A stretch of DNA of 63,528 bases, filler included, from Hausera hauseri (GCA_046269625.1; 13 parts of 13 records of this genome joined end to end with filler, not necessarily neighbours in it), one strand, 5' to 3'. Shown: positions 12,697-26,050, counted from the first letter of the whole stretch. Numbers and translations are program-made. The notes: generated by a model from the sequence alone, not told the origin.

Positions 12697-13545
12697 TGGC
12701 GACCACGTCAGGACGAACATACAAAATTGAAGAGATCGGCCTGGATAAATTCTTTAATACAAAGGTATTTGTAAGTGAAGGAACTATAAAGAAAACCACT
12801 GAGAGGACTACTATTACCCCAACAGAAGAATTTGAGTTGTTTCGAAGAAGAACCATGTCTACTTTCGCAAATTTGAATTTGGTTAGATATTCAGGAGAAC
12901 CGTCAGAACTTGACGACTTTATGTTGGTTTATGCGGCATAGGCCGATGGCCTAGAGTGGGAGAACAAAGAAAAGATAAAACGTTTAGTCGCTCATTTGGA
13001 AGGCATAACACTTCAGGCATATTTACAAATTGAAGAAAAAGAAAAAATTTCATGGGACAAGTTTGTCGATGCACTTAGAGAAACTTGGATCCCGACCCGT
13101 CCTCAAATGCAAAACTAAGAAGTCTACGGTCTAGAGTCCAACTACCAGGAGAATCTGTTAATAAATTTGCTTTTGCCCTTCAACTACATGGTAAACGATA
13201 CAAGGAAGAATTGGAGAATAAAGATACTGCTAAAGATGATAAAGATGCACCTAAGATTTTCGCAATGGAGCCTATTCTGACAGATTGCTTTATCACTGGA
13301 TTTAATAGCCCCAAGCTTCAAAGGCAGTTGATCAAAAGTGATGTTTCTACTCAGAGTGAGCTAATAAGAAAAGCAATAAATTTTGAAAACGTAGAGAACA
13401 AACTAAATCAAATTAATTAAAAATCACTTAGTAACAATCAAATTTCAAGTAGTAATTTTAGACCTCTAAATCCAAGTTAAAATTTTAGGCGGACTAACTA
13501 GGCGTGGCGAACCCCGTCGTGGAAATATGGACAGGCCGATTGAAA
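12697..13545 (+). mobile_element. Ty3/gypsy remnant: PBS and decayed gag
   Basis: ...CCAACA then TGGCGACCAC (PBS-like) at 12697. Gag-like MSTFANLNLVRYSGEP..DF...W..KEK...L..HLEG..LQAY and QLPGESVNKF...FITGF, with a stop and a frameshift. Confidence 0.7.
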
Positions 13546-13645
13546 NNNNNNNNNNNNNNNNNNNNNNNNNNNNNNNNNNNNNNNNNNNNTTAATTAATTA
13601 ANNNNNNNNNNNNNNNNNNNNNNNNNNNNNNNNNNNNNNNNNNNN

Positions 13646-13730
13646 CCGACATCATCGGGCCGAAAACTCCGCACCCGCTTGTACCCGACCACGATGGGCC
13701 ACGGGACAACACAGCACTGTGGCCATCACA
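13646..13730 (-). repeat. Putative LTR 5' end (TGTGATGGCC...), cut by contig end
   Basis: GC-rich 85-nt segment starting TG on the minus strand, with an abrupt switch to AT-rich flank. Similar in style to the other LTR starts. Confidence 0.35.
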
Positions 13731-14744
13731 ATGATCAGAGGATATTATATTCCCTAAGAATACCAAGAGTTGTTAAAGCCAGATATACATTTACAAAATA
13801 TCAAAAAATGCAGGCTTTCAGAAGTCAAGAAACAGAAGCGGTTTGTTATTAGCTCGATGTTTGTTTTTCAATGAATAGTGAGTCAGAAAGGCCAAATGCC
13901 AGAATTCGGCATCATATCAACAATCATCTATTTCATCCAACATTTCTTTGTGGCAATGAAGTAAAGTAAAAAATGCTCCATTGAATATCGAGTAGAATGA
14001 ATCTGCTAATCCCTTGGTCGGTGCATCGTAGTTGCTGCAGTTTGTCTCAGAATATTTCAGAACCAAAATAACATCGACGTCGGTGAATCAAACTATTGCA
14101 TCCTCGCGAATAATATCGTGTACTTTTAAACTCTCGATATTTCTTAGAAACAGAATAATATCCATCAATTTAGATCAAATTATATTACGAACGATAAATC
14201 ACAAAAAGACATCAGATCAAAATTATCCGTGCAACAAATACCAAAATGGAGATTGTGAAAAATTTCAAATTGAAAACAACGCCAAATTGTGATTGAACAA
14301 AAAGTTGCAAAAGTTAAAATGGCTAAGAATTTCAAAATTCAATATGTAAATGCAAAGATATTAGATCTAAAATAGAATTCAATATGGCATATCGAAAATC
14401 AGAATTCAAAAAGGTAATGTTGTGTATTTTTTTTAAATTATTTAAACAAATTCAAGTTCGTTATCATAACTCCTACTGTCAGGGGCTAAAGAAACAACAG
14501 CCGAATCGATTTTGTTTAAGACATCAGAGTAATAAGAATAGGAAGATGCAACAGAGTATATCTAAACAAACGTCAATTTGTAAAGCTATTCGCATCTTGA
14601 TAAAATCTGAACGCAAGTTAACAAAACCAAGCATTGAATGGCAGCATTTCCAATGGGAAACACCAATATGTTAAACCGATCACGGTCGATAAAGGACACA
14701 AAATCGACAGTAAAATGAAATGACGAAATTCAGATAGTCTACAC

Positions 14745-15330
14745 AATCTCGGGCAGACGACCGGTGCCATTTGATAACCAGCTCGTGCGTAATCAGACCG
14801 TAAATTCCAACTGAGCCATGAACTGGGGAAATTTTCAGCAGGTTAGAATCGCAGCGATGAGCAAACCACCGGCATCTATGTCACCTGTAATGGCAGACCA
14901 ACCAATAAGTGGTGATAACCTACCAATGATTGAACTCAACTACGTATTATAGATCGTTATTCATTTCAATGGAGTATAGATAATAATATAAAGGATCAAA
15001 TTGAGTAAACCAATGCGAAATGAGTACGGTGAAAAATAAAACAGTATAGATAAGCCAACAATTGAACTCGTTGTAGCAAATAGTATGGCATGTAAGGGGC
15101 TCAATTTGCTGACTACGAATGGTCGATTTCGAGTACGAACCATTTGGGAATCAAATGGTATTTTCATGACCTGATTAAAAGCATTCGCTGATAGACTAGT
15201 AGACAAAGTACCGGCACTGGCAATCAGCAACAACCATGGATCGATTGTACTGGGGGTCATGAGACTGCCACAGCAGGCAGTCGGCACTACGAAACATGTA
15301 AGTCGGATTTGTGCCGAGTTTCAAATAAAT
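14745..15330 (-). pseudogene. COX10: Heme O synthase (protoheme IX farnesyltransferase) intronless pseudogene
   Basis: SANAFNQVMKIPFDSQMVRTRNRPFV...LILYIIIYTPLK*...PLIGWSAITGDIDAGG...SWNLRSDYARAGYQM. Contains stops and frameshifts, and no intron is seen. Confidence 0.85.
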
Positions 15331-15659
15331 ATCCATTTGCTAGGATAATGGTAACTTGGCATTGAGTGCGCTGTGTGACATGATATAATCGACAGATTGT
15401 GATGGTGGATTTTTAGGATAGACAAACAATTCCCCATTGACAACGACATCAGCTGGGGGACATTTACTGCAGTGAATGACAGACGTAATCCACACTAACA
15501 CATGCCGGCTGGAGACATTCCGGACGGTAAATTATCACGGAACTGCCATCAGATAACAAGAAAATCGTGACAAAACCAGATAAAACACGGACGACCGGTT
15601 TACCATGGTAAATACACGGTTGATTCGGCAACGGCGAGAAATTGTGTCGGATCGTCATT

Positions 15660-16190
15660 TTAGCAAATCGTACGGCAGTCCGATGTAGCGCAATGATAGA
15701 GAAATATGGTGGAAATGTTCAGCAATCGTGGATTCGTTGACTGATGCAAATTTCGACAGGTCTTGACGACGGTCGGCAAGGGGACTGAACTTCGGCCGAT
15801 ATCGGTGTCGCACAAATAAATGAAGGCGGTGATTGCTGTGATGACAATGTCAATGTTTGGTGACGATAAACAATTCAGTAATGACCGGAAATTGTCGTTG
15901 TTGCAAATTATCGAATGATATAGTTGATTTGCACAAATGTTGCAAATACCAATAACTGAATGCAATTTAATGTCCTCGGTACTGTCCTGTTGCGTTAAAC
16001 AATAAAAAAATACGTCCAGAACGTTCAATCCAACCAAATGTCAATGATTACGATAATTGTACGCAAAATTTGCAAGACTGGTAACGATTTGGTTTCGATG
16101 ATAAACTTGATCAGATTGTTGGTATTCGGAAATTAACTGTTCTAAATATTGAAAACGTTCAGCAAATCCCGCGGCAGCACGTCCAAAATT
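15660..16190 (-). pseudogene. ARMC7: Armadillo repeat-containing protein 7, intronless pseudogene
   Basis: RFQYLEQLISEYQ...QIVTSLANFAYNYRNH*HLVGLNVLDVFFYCL...GICNIC matches the ARMC7 signature YLQ.LV.EFQ...QVLANLANFAYDP.N. One in-frame stop. Confidence 0.8.
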
Positions 16191-16204
16191 TAAACAAAAT
16201 TAGT

Positions 16205-17225
16205 AGGATTTCCGAGTCGGGGAATGGGGCCAACTATGTACCCGACACGGCGGCAACGGACGTCCGGCCATGTCCAACCAAATGAGCCAAAGGGCACCGG
16301 CCGCTACGGGCACCACATCACCCCCCCGTGGTAAAGTGAAAACTATGAAGATTAAAACACGGCAAAAAGGCGCTAAACGAAAAAGTGCATGTGTCTATCA
16401 GTCTTAGTGAGGACAAGACGTTGGGTATCTTCTATCGATTTTTCCCTGCTATACTTGCTAAATGTAACTCTGTGTGTTTTGTGTTTATGTGATGTGTTTT
16501 TTTTGCAGAGGTTGAAGTTGGGGAAAATTGTCGAATTTTGTTGTGAGTGTTGTATCGCGAAAAGATGTATCAGAATGAAGAGAATAAGAAGGTGAAAGGG
16601 GAAGAGATTTTTGAAAACGGATGGTTAAATGTATTCAAGAAAGTGCTAGAAAATGGAGAAATGATAAAAGATGTAGTGGCGGATAAAGGAAGAGAAAGAG
16701 AAGTTGGAGTAGAAGTTGGAATTGAATTGTGAGAGAGTGGAAGTAGAAGATGAAACAGAATTAGTAGTAGAGGCAGGAAGAAAGATAGGGATAGAAGTAA
16801 AGAAAGGGGGGAGTTGCGAAACGGAAATGAAAGGAGTAAAAGGTGATGTGTCAAGAGAAAGGGAGAAAGAAGGCGCCGAAGATGAGGAAGGTATGGAAGA
16901 AGAAAAGGAGAGAGAGGGAGATGATGGCGAAAAGGTAAAAAACGGAAGAGAGCAAGAAGACGGAGAAGGCGAAGGAAAGTAGTTGGAAGGTGGTGTGTAA
17001 GAGGCTGGAATTATGAAAGGGGCAGATGGAGAGATTGGTGAATTGGAAGTGGTGTTTGATGGAGGAAGTACTGTAAAAGGAGAAAGAAGGTTGTTATGAG
17101 GGGATGAAAGAGGTGTGAAAAAACTTGAATGTGCAAAATCAAATGGAAAAAAGGATGAATTTTCAAAGGAAAAGGACCAGTCAGTTTTTAAGGAAGTATC
17201 TGATGGGATAATTGAAAGAACAAAC
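16205..17225 (-). mobile_element. 3' end of a CsRn1-type gypsy element: Ser/Pro-rich integrase tail, polypurine tract (16327-16321) and first ~115 nt of the LTR (16320-16205)
   Basis: The reverse complement is closely similar to about 25050-25990 (SSPHNNLLSP..LPPSNTT, RVTFSKY, G-run, TGATGTGGTGCCC). Confidence 0.85.
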
Positions 17226-17430
17226 ACTAATTTGAATGAAGCAGAACAGAACGATAATGCAGTTATTTATAATATTGCACAAACAGAAGAACAACTGGAT
17301 CCTGAAGAAAAGAAAAAAATTATTTATCGCTGCGGGCACTGTAAAACTTTAATTTTTACCCGACCAACCCTGTCGAGACACTTAATAAAACATACAAACA
17401 CACGACCTTTTCAGTGTGAGACATGTCTAA
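17226..17430 (+). pseudogene. C2H2 zinc-finger gene fragment
   Basis: YRCGHCKTLIFTRPTLSRHLIKHTNTRPFQCETC: one finger, a linker and the start of a second finger, truncated on both sides by repeats. Confidence 0.6.
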
Positions 17431-18166
17431 GTGATGGGAGGGATGAATCCCACTTGTAACCAGCTATTTCTCTTTGATCATTATTTGCCAGAAAACTGTC
17501 TTCTTCGCTCTTTCTGCCCTCTTGTTGCCCTGTCTTTGCCCTCTGGCTGTTTTGTATCGCTCAAGTTTTCCAACTCCTTATTTCTAACATTGTCAGTTGT
17601 GAAATTAGCTCTACTATAGAGTGTATAATGTTAACACAACTGTACAAATTTGACCATTTAATTTTGCGAAATTGAGGGTCAAGGGCCTTGCTCTAGATGC
17701 AGACTTTTAGTGGTGGGGCTTAAACCGGCACACTTCTGATTACTAACTGGTGTTTTTACTGCTGATCTATAATGGCAACACTTATCGGCAACACTCGGTG
17801 TTTATTCAGTCAGGTTTGTGGACCTCACCAGAGTCTATCGCAGCTTGTCAATGGGTGCGAGGAACACAGAAACACCCTGACGCCAGTCTGCTGCAGTTCA
17901 GTCACACAGTACTGACTCACCATGGGGGGGCGGAGCAATGCAAGACTTTGGTTTGTGGGAGGGGTTAACAGTTTAAATTTGCATATAACTGCAACAGTGA
18001 GAACATTTAGTGGGCTATAAAAGTCTTCATAGGTAGTAAATATGTTGCATTAAACTTTGTTTTATTNNNNNNNNNNNNNNNNNNNNNNNNNNNNNNNNNN
18101 NNNNNNNNNNTTAATTAATTAANNNNNNNNNNNNNNNNNNNNNNNNNNNNNNNNNNNNNNNNNNNN

Positions 18167-21100
18167 GACAGAGGGAATTTTTCAGGACAACCTGGCTGAG
18201 CTCAAAATCCATAAAGTGATTATGAAACTGGAGGCCACATACATCAATGTTGATGGCGAAGAATCCGATAGGGCCCTCAAGACCAAAAATAGACCCATAT
18301 TGGAAAACACCAGTATAGCAGAACGGATGCAAGAGGAGCACGAGAAGCTAATCCGTGAAGCCGGGAAGAGCCAGGATATGAAGAGCGGATGGACTCTGGC
18401 AACCGTCAAGAGATTGCTTGTGTATCTGCACAAGTATTCTCCCATGCGGAGCAGTTCATATATTCAGCTCCCTGATTGGATCGCTAATAAAAAAGAATGT
18501 GTCAGTGTCCATAATAATGACAACATATGTTTCATTCTATCAAAACTCGTAAAGATCAAAATCATGCTTCACGACTTTAGCTATATAAGGATGTGCAGCA
18601 CAAATATGACTTCCATTAGTGCATCAAGTTCCCTCCATCCATAAATGAAGTTAAAAAATTCAGAAAAGTCAATAACATGTCCATCAATATATTGAGATTG
18701 TATGAGGATGATAAATTCTATCCCCTACAGATATGCGATATAGAATTGGAAGATCATAAGGATCTGTCCTACTATACGATGGAGAAAAGAAACATTATGT
18801 TTGGATCCAAAACTTTGAGCGGTTAGTCAGATCACAAATTACGAAACATCATGGACAAATAGAAATATGTAAACGATGTTTGTCCCATTTCAGCGGTGAT
18901 GTAGCTGTGGAGAAGCTGAAACAGCACAAGATGTACTGCAACAACAATTATTGTATCAGGCCAGATTTTTCCAAGGAGGATTACATTGAATTCAAGGAGT
19001 TCGAGAAGAAGATGAAGTTTCCAGTAGTTATCTATTGTGACTTTGAAGCGATCATGCACCCAGTTCAGAGTTGCAGTCCTAATCCCCAACATCGCAGCAC
19101 AACGGCATACCCACATCATGAGCTCTCATCATATTGCATGTATACCAAAGGACTGGACAGTGAACCAGTCCTTATTCAGGAGTCCAGGCGCAGCAGCTAA
19201 TTTCATGAAACGACTTGAAGACATGGCTCATAGGATTGGAGATATGCTACAGCAGCATAAGGATACAATGAACATGTCGAAGCAACAAGAAGAATGGCGC
19301 AAGGCAAAAGCATTTTACTTGTGCTCCAAATCATTCACTAAGGATAATTATAAAGTCAAGGATCATTGCCATTTTACAAGCAAATATCGGGGCGCAGCAT
19401 GGAACAACTGTAATATACGTTGAAAAACATGTACATATGAGCCGGTAGTGTTCCGTATTCTCGGTGCATATTATTCCCATTTCATTGTTAGGGAATTGGG
19501 CAGCATCGAAGGAAATATTAACGCGATCCCTAATAGTGAGGAAAAATACATCACATTTACGAAACATGTTGGAAGAATCAGGCTTCGCTTCGTAGATGGT
19601 TTCCATTTTGTGTCGTCTTCACTTGACAGTTTAGTGAAGAACTTCCCGGCAGAAGAACCATGATTGCGTAATATCATTAGAAAACTGGATGAGACCTCAT
19701 TGCCGGCCAAGAAGGATTTTTACAATATATTTTCTGATTGCGATATTAATAATATGGACTACCAGCATGCTCAGAACGTCTGGCATGTATTGAAATGCCG
19801 AATATTAGGAGAATACAGCGACATATACCCCAAGACGGACGTGCTGCTTCTGACGGATATCTTTGAGAGTTTCAGGGATGTTAAGATAAAGAGCCATGCA
19901 TTGGATCTGGCTCATTTCTTTACGGCTCCAAGGATGAGCTGGGCAGCAGTGCTGAAATATACAGGTGTCCGTCTGCAGATCGTAAAGGATTACGACATGA
20001 TGCTCATGATTGATTGAAGCATTAGAGGTGGAATATGCTAAGTCATTCACCGGTATAGCGAGGCCAATAACACGTATATAACCCAGTAGGATCCATCCAA
20101 GAAATCGTCATATATACCATACCTATATGCCAACAACTTGGATAGATGGGAAATGAGCGCCACATTGCCATATGATAACTTTAAGTGGGTCGAGCATCCT
20201 GAAAACATCCCTATACTGGACCTGGATCCCACTGAAGATACGGCATATATACTGGAGGTAGATATGGAATATCCGGCTTCTATTCACGCAAGGCATCAAC
20301 AGCTGTCTTTCCTCCCTGAGAGAAAGCATCCGCCCCATGGAAAGCATAGAAAGCTGCTCTGCCATCTGGATAGTAGGGAGAGGTATGTAGTCCACTTCGT
20401 AAATCTCCAGCAGGTGGTCAGGAATGGACTCTGTATTACTAAGATCCATCTGGCCCTGCAGTTCAGCCAGTCAAACTGGCTGCAGCCGTACATAGATCTT
20501 AATACGAAGCTGTGGACAAATGGCAAGAACGATTTTGAGAACGACAAGTTTAAGCTGTACAACAACAGCGTTTTTGACAAGACCATGGCGATTATCCATA
20601 ACAGGATCAACATCAAACTGGCCTGATTAGAAGCGAGCAAAGAAGCCCATTGCCAAGCCTAACTTCCACAACAGCACCATATATGCTGAGAACTTGTCAG
20701 CATCTATATGCTGAAAACATTTTTGCAATTCAACAAGCCCATATATGTAGGTATGGCAATACTGGACCTTTCAAAGACCTTCATGTACAAATTCCACTAT
20801 GACATCATGGTCCCTAAGTTCGAGTCCATGCAACTGATGTATATGGATACTGATAGCTTCATCTATCAGATCCATACAGGTGATATTTATAAAAACTTTG
20901 CTAAGTTGGCAGAGCATATGGATACGTCTGACTACACAAAGAAGCATCCGAACTATTCAATCGCCAAGGAAGAAATCCTTGGGAAATTCAAAGACAAGGT
21001 GAATGGGGCAATCATCTAGATATTTGTAGCTTTTAGGTCCAAAATGTATGCCATTGATATATGTGGCCAAGTAAAGAAGCAGACTAAAGGGGTTCAAAGG

Positions 21101-21313
21101 GCGACCTTAGCCAAGAAGATTGGCTTCAATGACTATGTGACAGTTCTGCATGAGTAGACTCACATTATTTCAGAGATGCGAAGGATCTAGTCTAGAGATC
21201 ATAACATTGATAGTGTAACATTAGAGAAGAAGAGACTAGATTGGATGGATGACATGAGGCAGATCCTGGGTGATGGGATCCATGCACTACCTCACGGACA
21301 TGTGGCATTGTAA
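18167..21313 (+). pseudogene. Polinton/Maverick protein-primed DNA polymerase B (EndoVII/HNH-containing type), decayed copy 1
   Basis: KSGWTL, NNDNICF, HYVWI, IYCDFEA, KDHCHFTSKYRGAAWNNCN (EndoVII-like), KTDVLLLTDIFESFR, YANNL, KLYNNSVFDK, YMDTDS, LGKFKD, LPHGH. Many stops and frameshifts. Confidence 0.9.
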
Positions 21314-22060
21314 ATATGTACATATTGTTATTATTTGTTTCATATATCTTGTGTAGAAATATTGTGTTGTCTTCTTGACCAAATAATGTGGGATAATAGG
21401 ATAAGGCCAAGTAAAGCTAAGTAACTATTATGTAGGATAAGGCCAACTAATTTCATAATACATTTATTTCATAACAATATAACTTTGTTATAACGCTAAA
21501 CACTTTTTATAGTGTGTGAGGGTAAAATGCGAGCAACTTGAGAAATGAATGATTAAGATATGTGGTGTGCATGTACATGTCTGTGGATGTAAAGTGAAAC
21601 TAACCTGAGAAAAGGTATAGCTCAGATATATGTATGTATGCTTGTGCTTGTACTTGTCTGTGAATATATAGTGCAACTAACTTGGGAAAATGTATAGCTC
21701 AGATATATATCTGTGTGTTCATGTTTGTAAAATACAAGTCATATTTAGCTAATATGGGTAATATGCAGGTAAAACACGGGGAGTATGTATGAAATAGGAT
21801 TTATATATATAGAATATGTTGGGTGTGAAATACAGACAGCATATATGGGTAATTTGCAGGTACTATATATGTAATATGTTTGTAATATAGCTAATAAAGA
21901 TAACATATAGATAACATATGTCCTATCAAAGATGTGTATGTGAAGCTAATCAATAAATCAATACATTAATCAATACTTTAATCAGTACCCTAATCAAATG
22001 CACTTATTAATAAACCAATGCTACACATCAATACTTGTATTACTTTGTCATTATTTCAAA

Positions 22061-22225
22061 AAGAACAGTACGTGTGCCATTTGTCTAGAGGAGAGGAATC
22101 AGTTCAATGCAAGAATAGCAACATGTAAAGATCACATATTTCGCACTGTATATCTCAAATCTTGGATGTAATACAACAATACTTGTCCAATTTGTAGGAA
22201 AGTATGTAATTATGTCGTTGTTCAA
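22061..22225 (+). pseudogene. RING-finger (C3HC4-like) gene downstream of pPolB, degenerate
   Basis: KNSTCAICLEERNQFNARIATCKDHIFRTVYLKSWM*YNNTCPICRKVCNYVVVQ, homologous to ORF 59259-59456. Not in the ORF track. Confidence 0.75.
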
Positions 22226-22325
22226 NNNNNNNNNNNNNNNNNNNNNNNNNNNNNNNNNNNNNNNNNNNNTTAATTAATTAANNNNNNNNNNNNNNNNNNN
22301 NNNNNNNNNNNNNNNNNNNNNNNNN

Positions 22326-25300
22326 TGCACCAAATACCACCTAGTCGCAACACCTTGTCTACAACTCATACCTCAACTGCATCCAGTCACGATGCATCGA
22401 CATCATCGTTGCCTTCTGATTTACAGCAATACATTTCGTCCTCCTGCACGCGTCTGTTGCAAAAGAACAAATCATTCATATAACCTCAATCCACCTTTCA
22501 TCACACAGTAACAGCACATCAAAGACCAATACGGCAAAAGGTCCACTAGCTATCGTCTCGCCGCAGACAGGCAGTGGAGGCTAAGTTTCTCGACCTCGAA
22601 AAATCAGGCATAATCAGGAGATCAAAATCACCCTGGTCTTCACCACTACATGTTGTTCCAAAAAAAGATGACACCTTTAGCCCATGCGGTGATTACCGCC
22701 AACTTAACACCATAACAACAATAGATGCCTACCATTTACCATTAATCAACGATATTCTACACAGGCTCCATGGTTCGACCATCTTTTCCTGCATTGATCT
22801 ACATAAAGCATACCACCAAATTCCCGTGACACCAGCAGACATTCCAAAAACGGCTGTAATTACACTTTTCAAATTTTTCGAATACCTCTTTATGCCTTTT
22901 GGACTCCGTAGTGCTTCCCAGACCTTCCAAAGGCATATAGATACTATCCTATCAGGTTTAGACTTCGCCTATCTCTATATTGATCATTTTAATTGCATCA
23001 GCTTCCTCTAAGCAACTCTCCGAACACGTACGTTTGATCTTCCAACTCTTGCACCAAAACAATTTGCAAATTAATTTCTCTAAATGCTCCTTTTTTCAAC
23101 ATAAGGTCAACTACCTAGGACATGTTATTAGCTCATCCGGACACTCACCTCAGCCAGACCGCATCACACAGCTCAAAAACATACAACTACCACATACATC
23201 CACAGAGATGCGTTCTTTCCTCGGAACCTTGTACTTTATTCATAAGTACGTTCCACATTGCTCTACTCTAACCGCTCCATTTGCATCACTAAGCTCTGGC
23301 AAGAAGAAACAACCTATTCAATGGACCGCCAATCTACTCCATGATTTAGATCGCCTCAAAGACAATTTAAAAACTGTGGAAATCCTGGCCTATCCAGACT
23401 CCCATGCAAAACTTTTCTTAACCACCGACGCATCCACAACAGCTGCAGGTGCTGTCCTCCATCAAGTTAAAAATAAATCCCATGAGCCATTGGAATTCTT
23501 TTCTCGAAAATTCACAGCACAAGAGCAAAGATATTCCACTTTGATCGAGAATTGCTTGCAATAGTCCTTGCCATAAGACACTTCAAACATCTCCTAATAG
23601 TAGAAACTTTTACCGTACAAACGGACCACAAGGCCCTGCTTCAAATTATTACCATGAAATCGCCTTCTCCACATCAGGAGAGGCAAATATCGTATTTGTC
23701 AACATTTAATTTTCAAATTAAACATTTAAACGGAATTGACAATTTAGTAGCTGACTTTTTGTCCCGATTGGTCAGCTCGATTGATTTTACACCAATTTTC
23801 CTCAATCCAAACTTCAGCAAAACCAGCCACCTCCTGACATCCTTAAATTTTTTAAATCGTGTAAGACCATCGACGATATGGCCCTTGACACCTCCAAACC
23901 TAATAATCCCAAAATCATTCTTCCTGAGTTCCTTCAAAAGGAAGCGTTCCACAGCGTACATTCGCTGCATCATCCCGGTACCAAGGCCACTTTTCAACTT
24001 TAACAACGCCAAGTAGTATGTCCGTCGATGCGCTCTGACGTGCAGGCATGGGTTAGGCAGTGTGTGGCATGCCAAAAATACAAAGTTACTAAGGACTTAA
24101 AGCCACCACTATTTCATTTCCCCTTCACGTCTCGTTTCGAATATGTTCACATTGACCTTGTAGGCCCATTACCCTTAGACAACGGCCACCAGTTCATCCT
24201 CACCATGATTGACCATTCCTCACGATGGCCAGAGACTGTCCCGCTTCGGAGCACCAACACAGAAACCATCTCAGACGTTTTCATACGCACTTGGATCAGC
24301 AGGTTTGGATCACCTCGCCACATCATTTCGGACCAAGGTCCACACTTCGAATCCAACCTGTTTAAAGCTCTTGTCAATCGATTGGGAATTTACCACATTC
24401 ACACGTCACCATATCATCCCCAATCGAATGGCCTTCTCGAACGCTTTCACCGAACGATGAAAACGTCTCTTAAAATCCTTGCTGAGTCCAATCGCCGTTT
24501 GACTACACTTCTTCCGTACGTTCTGCTTGGCTTGCGGAACACACCATCTATTTTTACAGGCTGTTTACCTGTAGAAGCATTATTTGGCACTTCCATCAAA
24601 TCATTATTCAAAATGACTGAGCTGGACAATACTCCTACAGACGAAACTATACAAGCGGCACAGAGACACTTCGTTGAGATTAGCAAAGACTCATTTTGCA
24701 GATTGTTACATGCAAATACACCCTACATACCCGACGATTTATATACTGCCAAATTCGTTTGGTTAAAGAATCAGACGCCGTGTGGTTCTCAGCCTCAGTA
24801 TGTCTACCCTTACAAAGTAATTCGTTTACATTCTCACAACATCATCATTCTCAAAGACGACAAAGAAGTAACCGTTCACATCAATAATGCTAAACCGGCC
24901 TTCTTCATTGACGACACGTATTCCGTCGAAACCACTTCTCCACCAACATCTTTGCACGACGCGCAGCAATCTAACAATCCACCTTCCATCTCTGCCCAGT
25001 TTCTTTATCCACTTATGACTACGTTTTCCCGTAAAACTTCCACTTCAATTTCTTTTCACACTTCACCTTCTTTCTCCCCATCCGATTTTGCACTTTCCAG
25101 CCTTCCACCACCTCCTTCATCTCCTCACAACAACCTGCTTTCTCCCTTGACAGCACTTCCTCCATCAAACACCACTTCGACTTCACCAATCTCTCCATCT
25201 ACATCTTTCATCATTCCACCCTCTTGCACAACACCCTCCAACTACTCTCCCTTGCATACTCCATTTTCTCGCTTTCTTTCACCTTGTATCTCTTCGCCAT

Positions 25301-25797
25301 TTTCTCTTTCGCTCTCTCCTTCTCCTCCCACACCCTCCTTATCGTGGGCGCTTTCTTTCTCACTTCCTTCTCACACATCAACTGTTACTCTTTTCACTTC
25401 CGCTTCACAACTTTCTACTCTCTTTACCTCTTTCTCTATCACTTTCCCGCTCTCTACTACAATTTCTGTTTCACTTTTCACTTCCACTCTCTCACATAAT
25501 TCAATCCCAACTTCCACTCCAACTCTTCTCCGTTCCCCTTTATCCGCCAATGAACCTTTAATCACTCTTCCGTCTTCAACAATCTCGCCTTCTCCTTCAC
25601 TTTCTCTTCTATATTCTGACTCACCTTTACACGACACAACACTAACAACAAAAATCGACAATGTTTTTCCCCAACTGCAACCTCTGCAAACAAACACACA
25701 GCATACAAACAAAACACGCAGAGTCACATTCAGCAAGTATAACAGGGAAACATCATTAGAAGGCACCCAACGTCTTGTCCACACTAAGACAGACTGA
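22326..25797 (+). pseudogene. CsRn1-type Ty3/gypsy pol (RT-RNase H-integrase plus long Ser/Thr/Pro tail), frameshifted
   Basis: [42 protein letters not shown](D), TTDAS, TDHK, HHPG...C..C, VHIDLVGPLP, ISDQG, YHPQSNGLLERFHR. Confidence 0.92.
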
Positions 25798-25871
25798 CAT
25801 AGACACTTTTTCGTTTTGTGTTTTCCTTTTTTTTCTTTCGTCTTTACCCTTTATAGTTTTCACTTTTCCAC

Positions 25872-26050
25872 GGGGGGGGTGATGTGGTGCCCACAGCGGC
25901 CGGTGCCTTCTGGCCCATTTGGTTGGACACGGCCGGGCGTCCGTTGCCGCCGCGTCAGGTCCATAGTCGGGCCCGATCTTCCGCCTCGAGATCACCACGA
26001 GATAGCGGTGTTAGTTCTCACTCGTTCAATCAAAATTCATCTCCTTCTGT
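25872..26050 (+). repeat. Polypurine tract (G8, 25872-25879) and 3' LTR starting TG at 25880; LTR end not determined
   Basis: CCAC-GGGGGGGG-TGATGTGGTGCCC, with the same start at 16320 (minus) and related starts at 49658 (minus) and 55966. Confidence 0.75.

Noticed and set aside
16547-17227. Glu/Lys/Gly-rich plus-strand ORFs (also 25371-25784 minus) as real proteins
   Set aside because: They are antisense shadows of the pyrimidine-rich Ser/Pro integrase tail.
17115-17459. 114-aa ORF as one zinc-finger gene
   Set aside because: Chimeric: an antisense gypsy tail joined to a zinc-finger fragment and then to another repeat.
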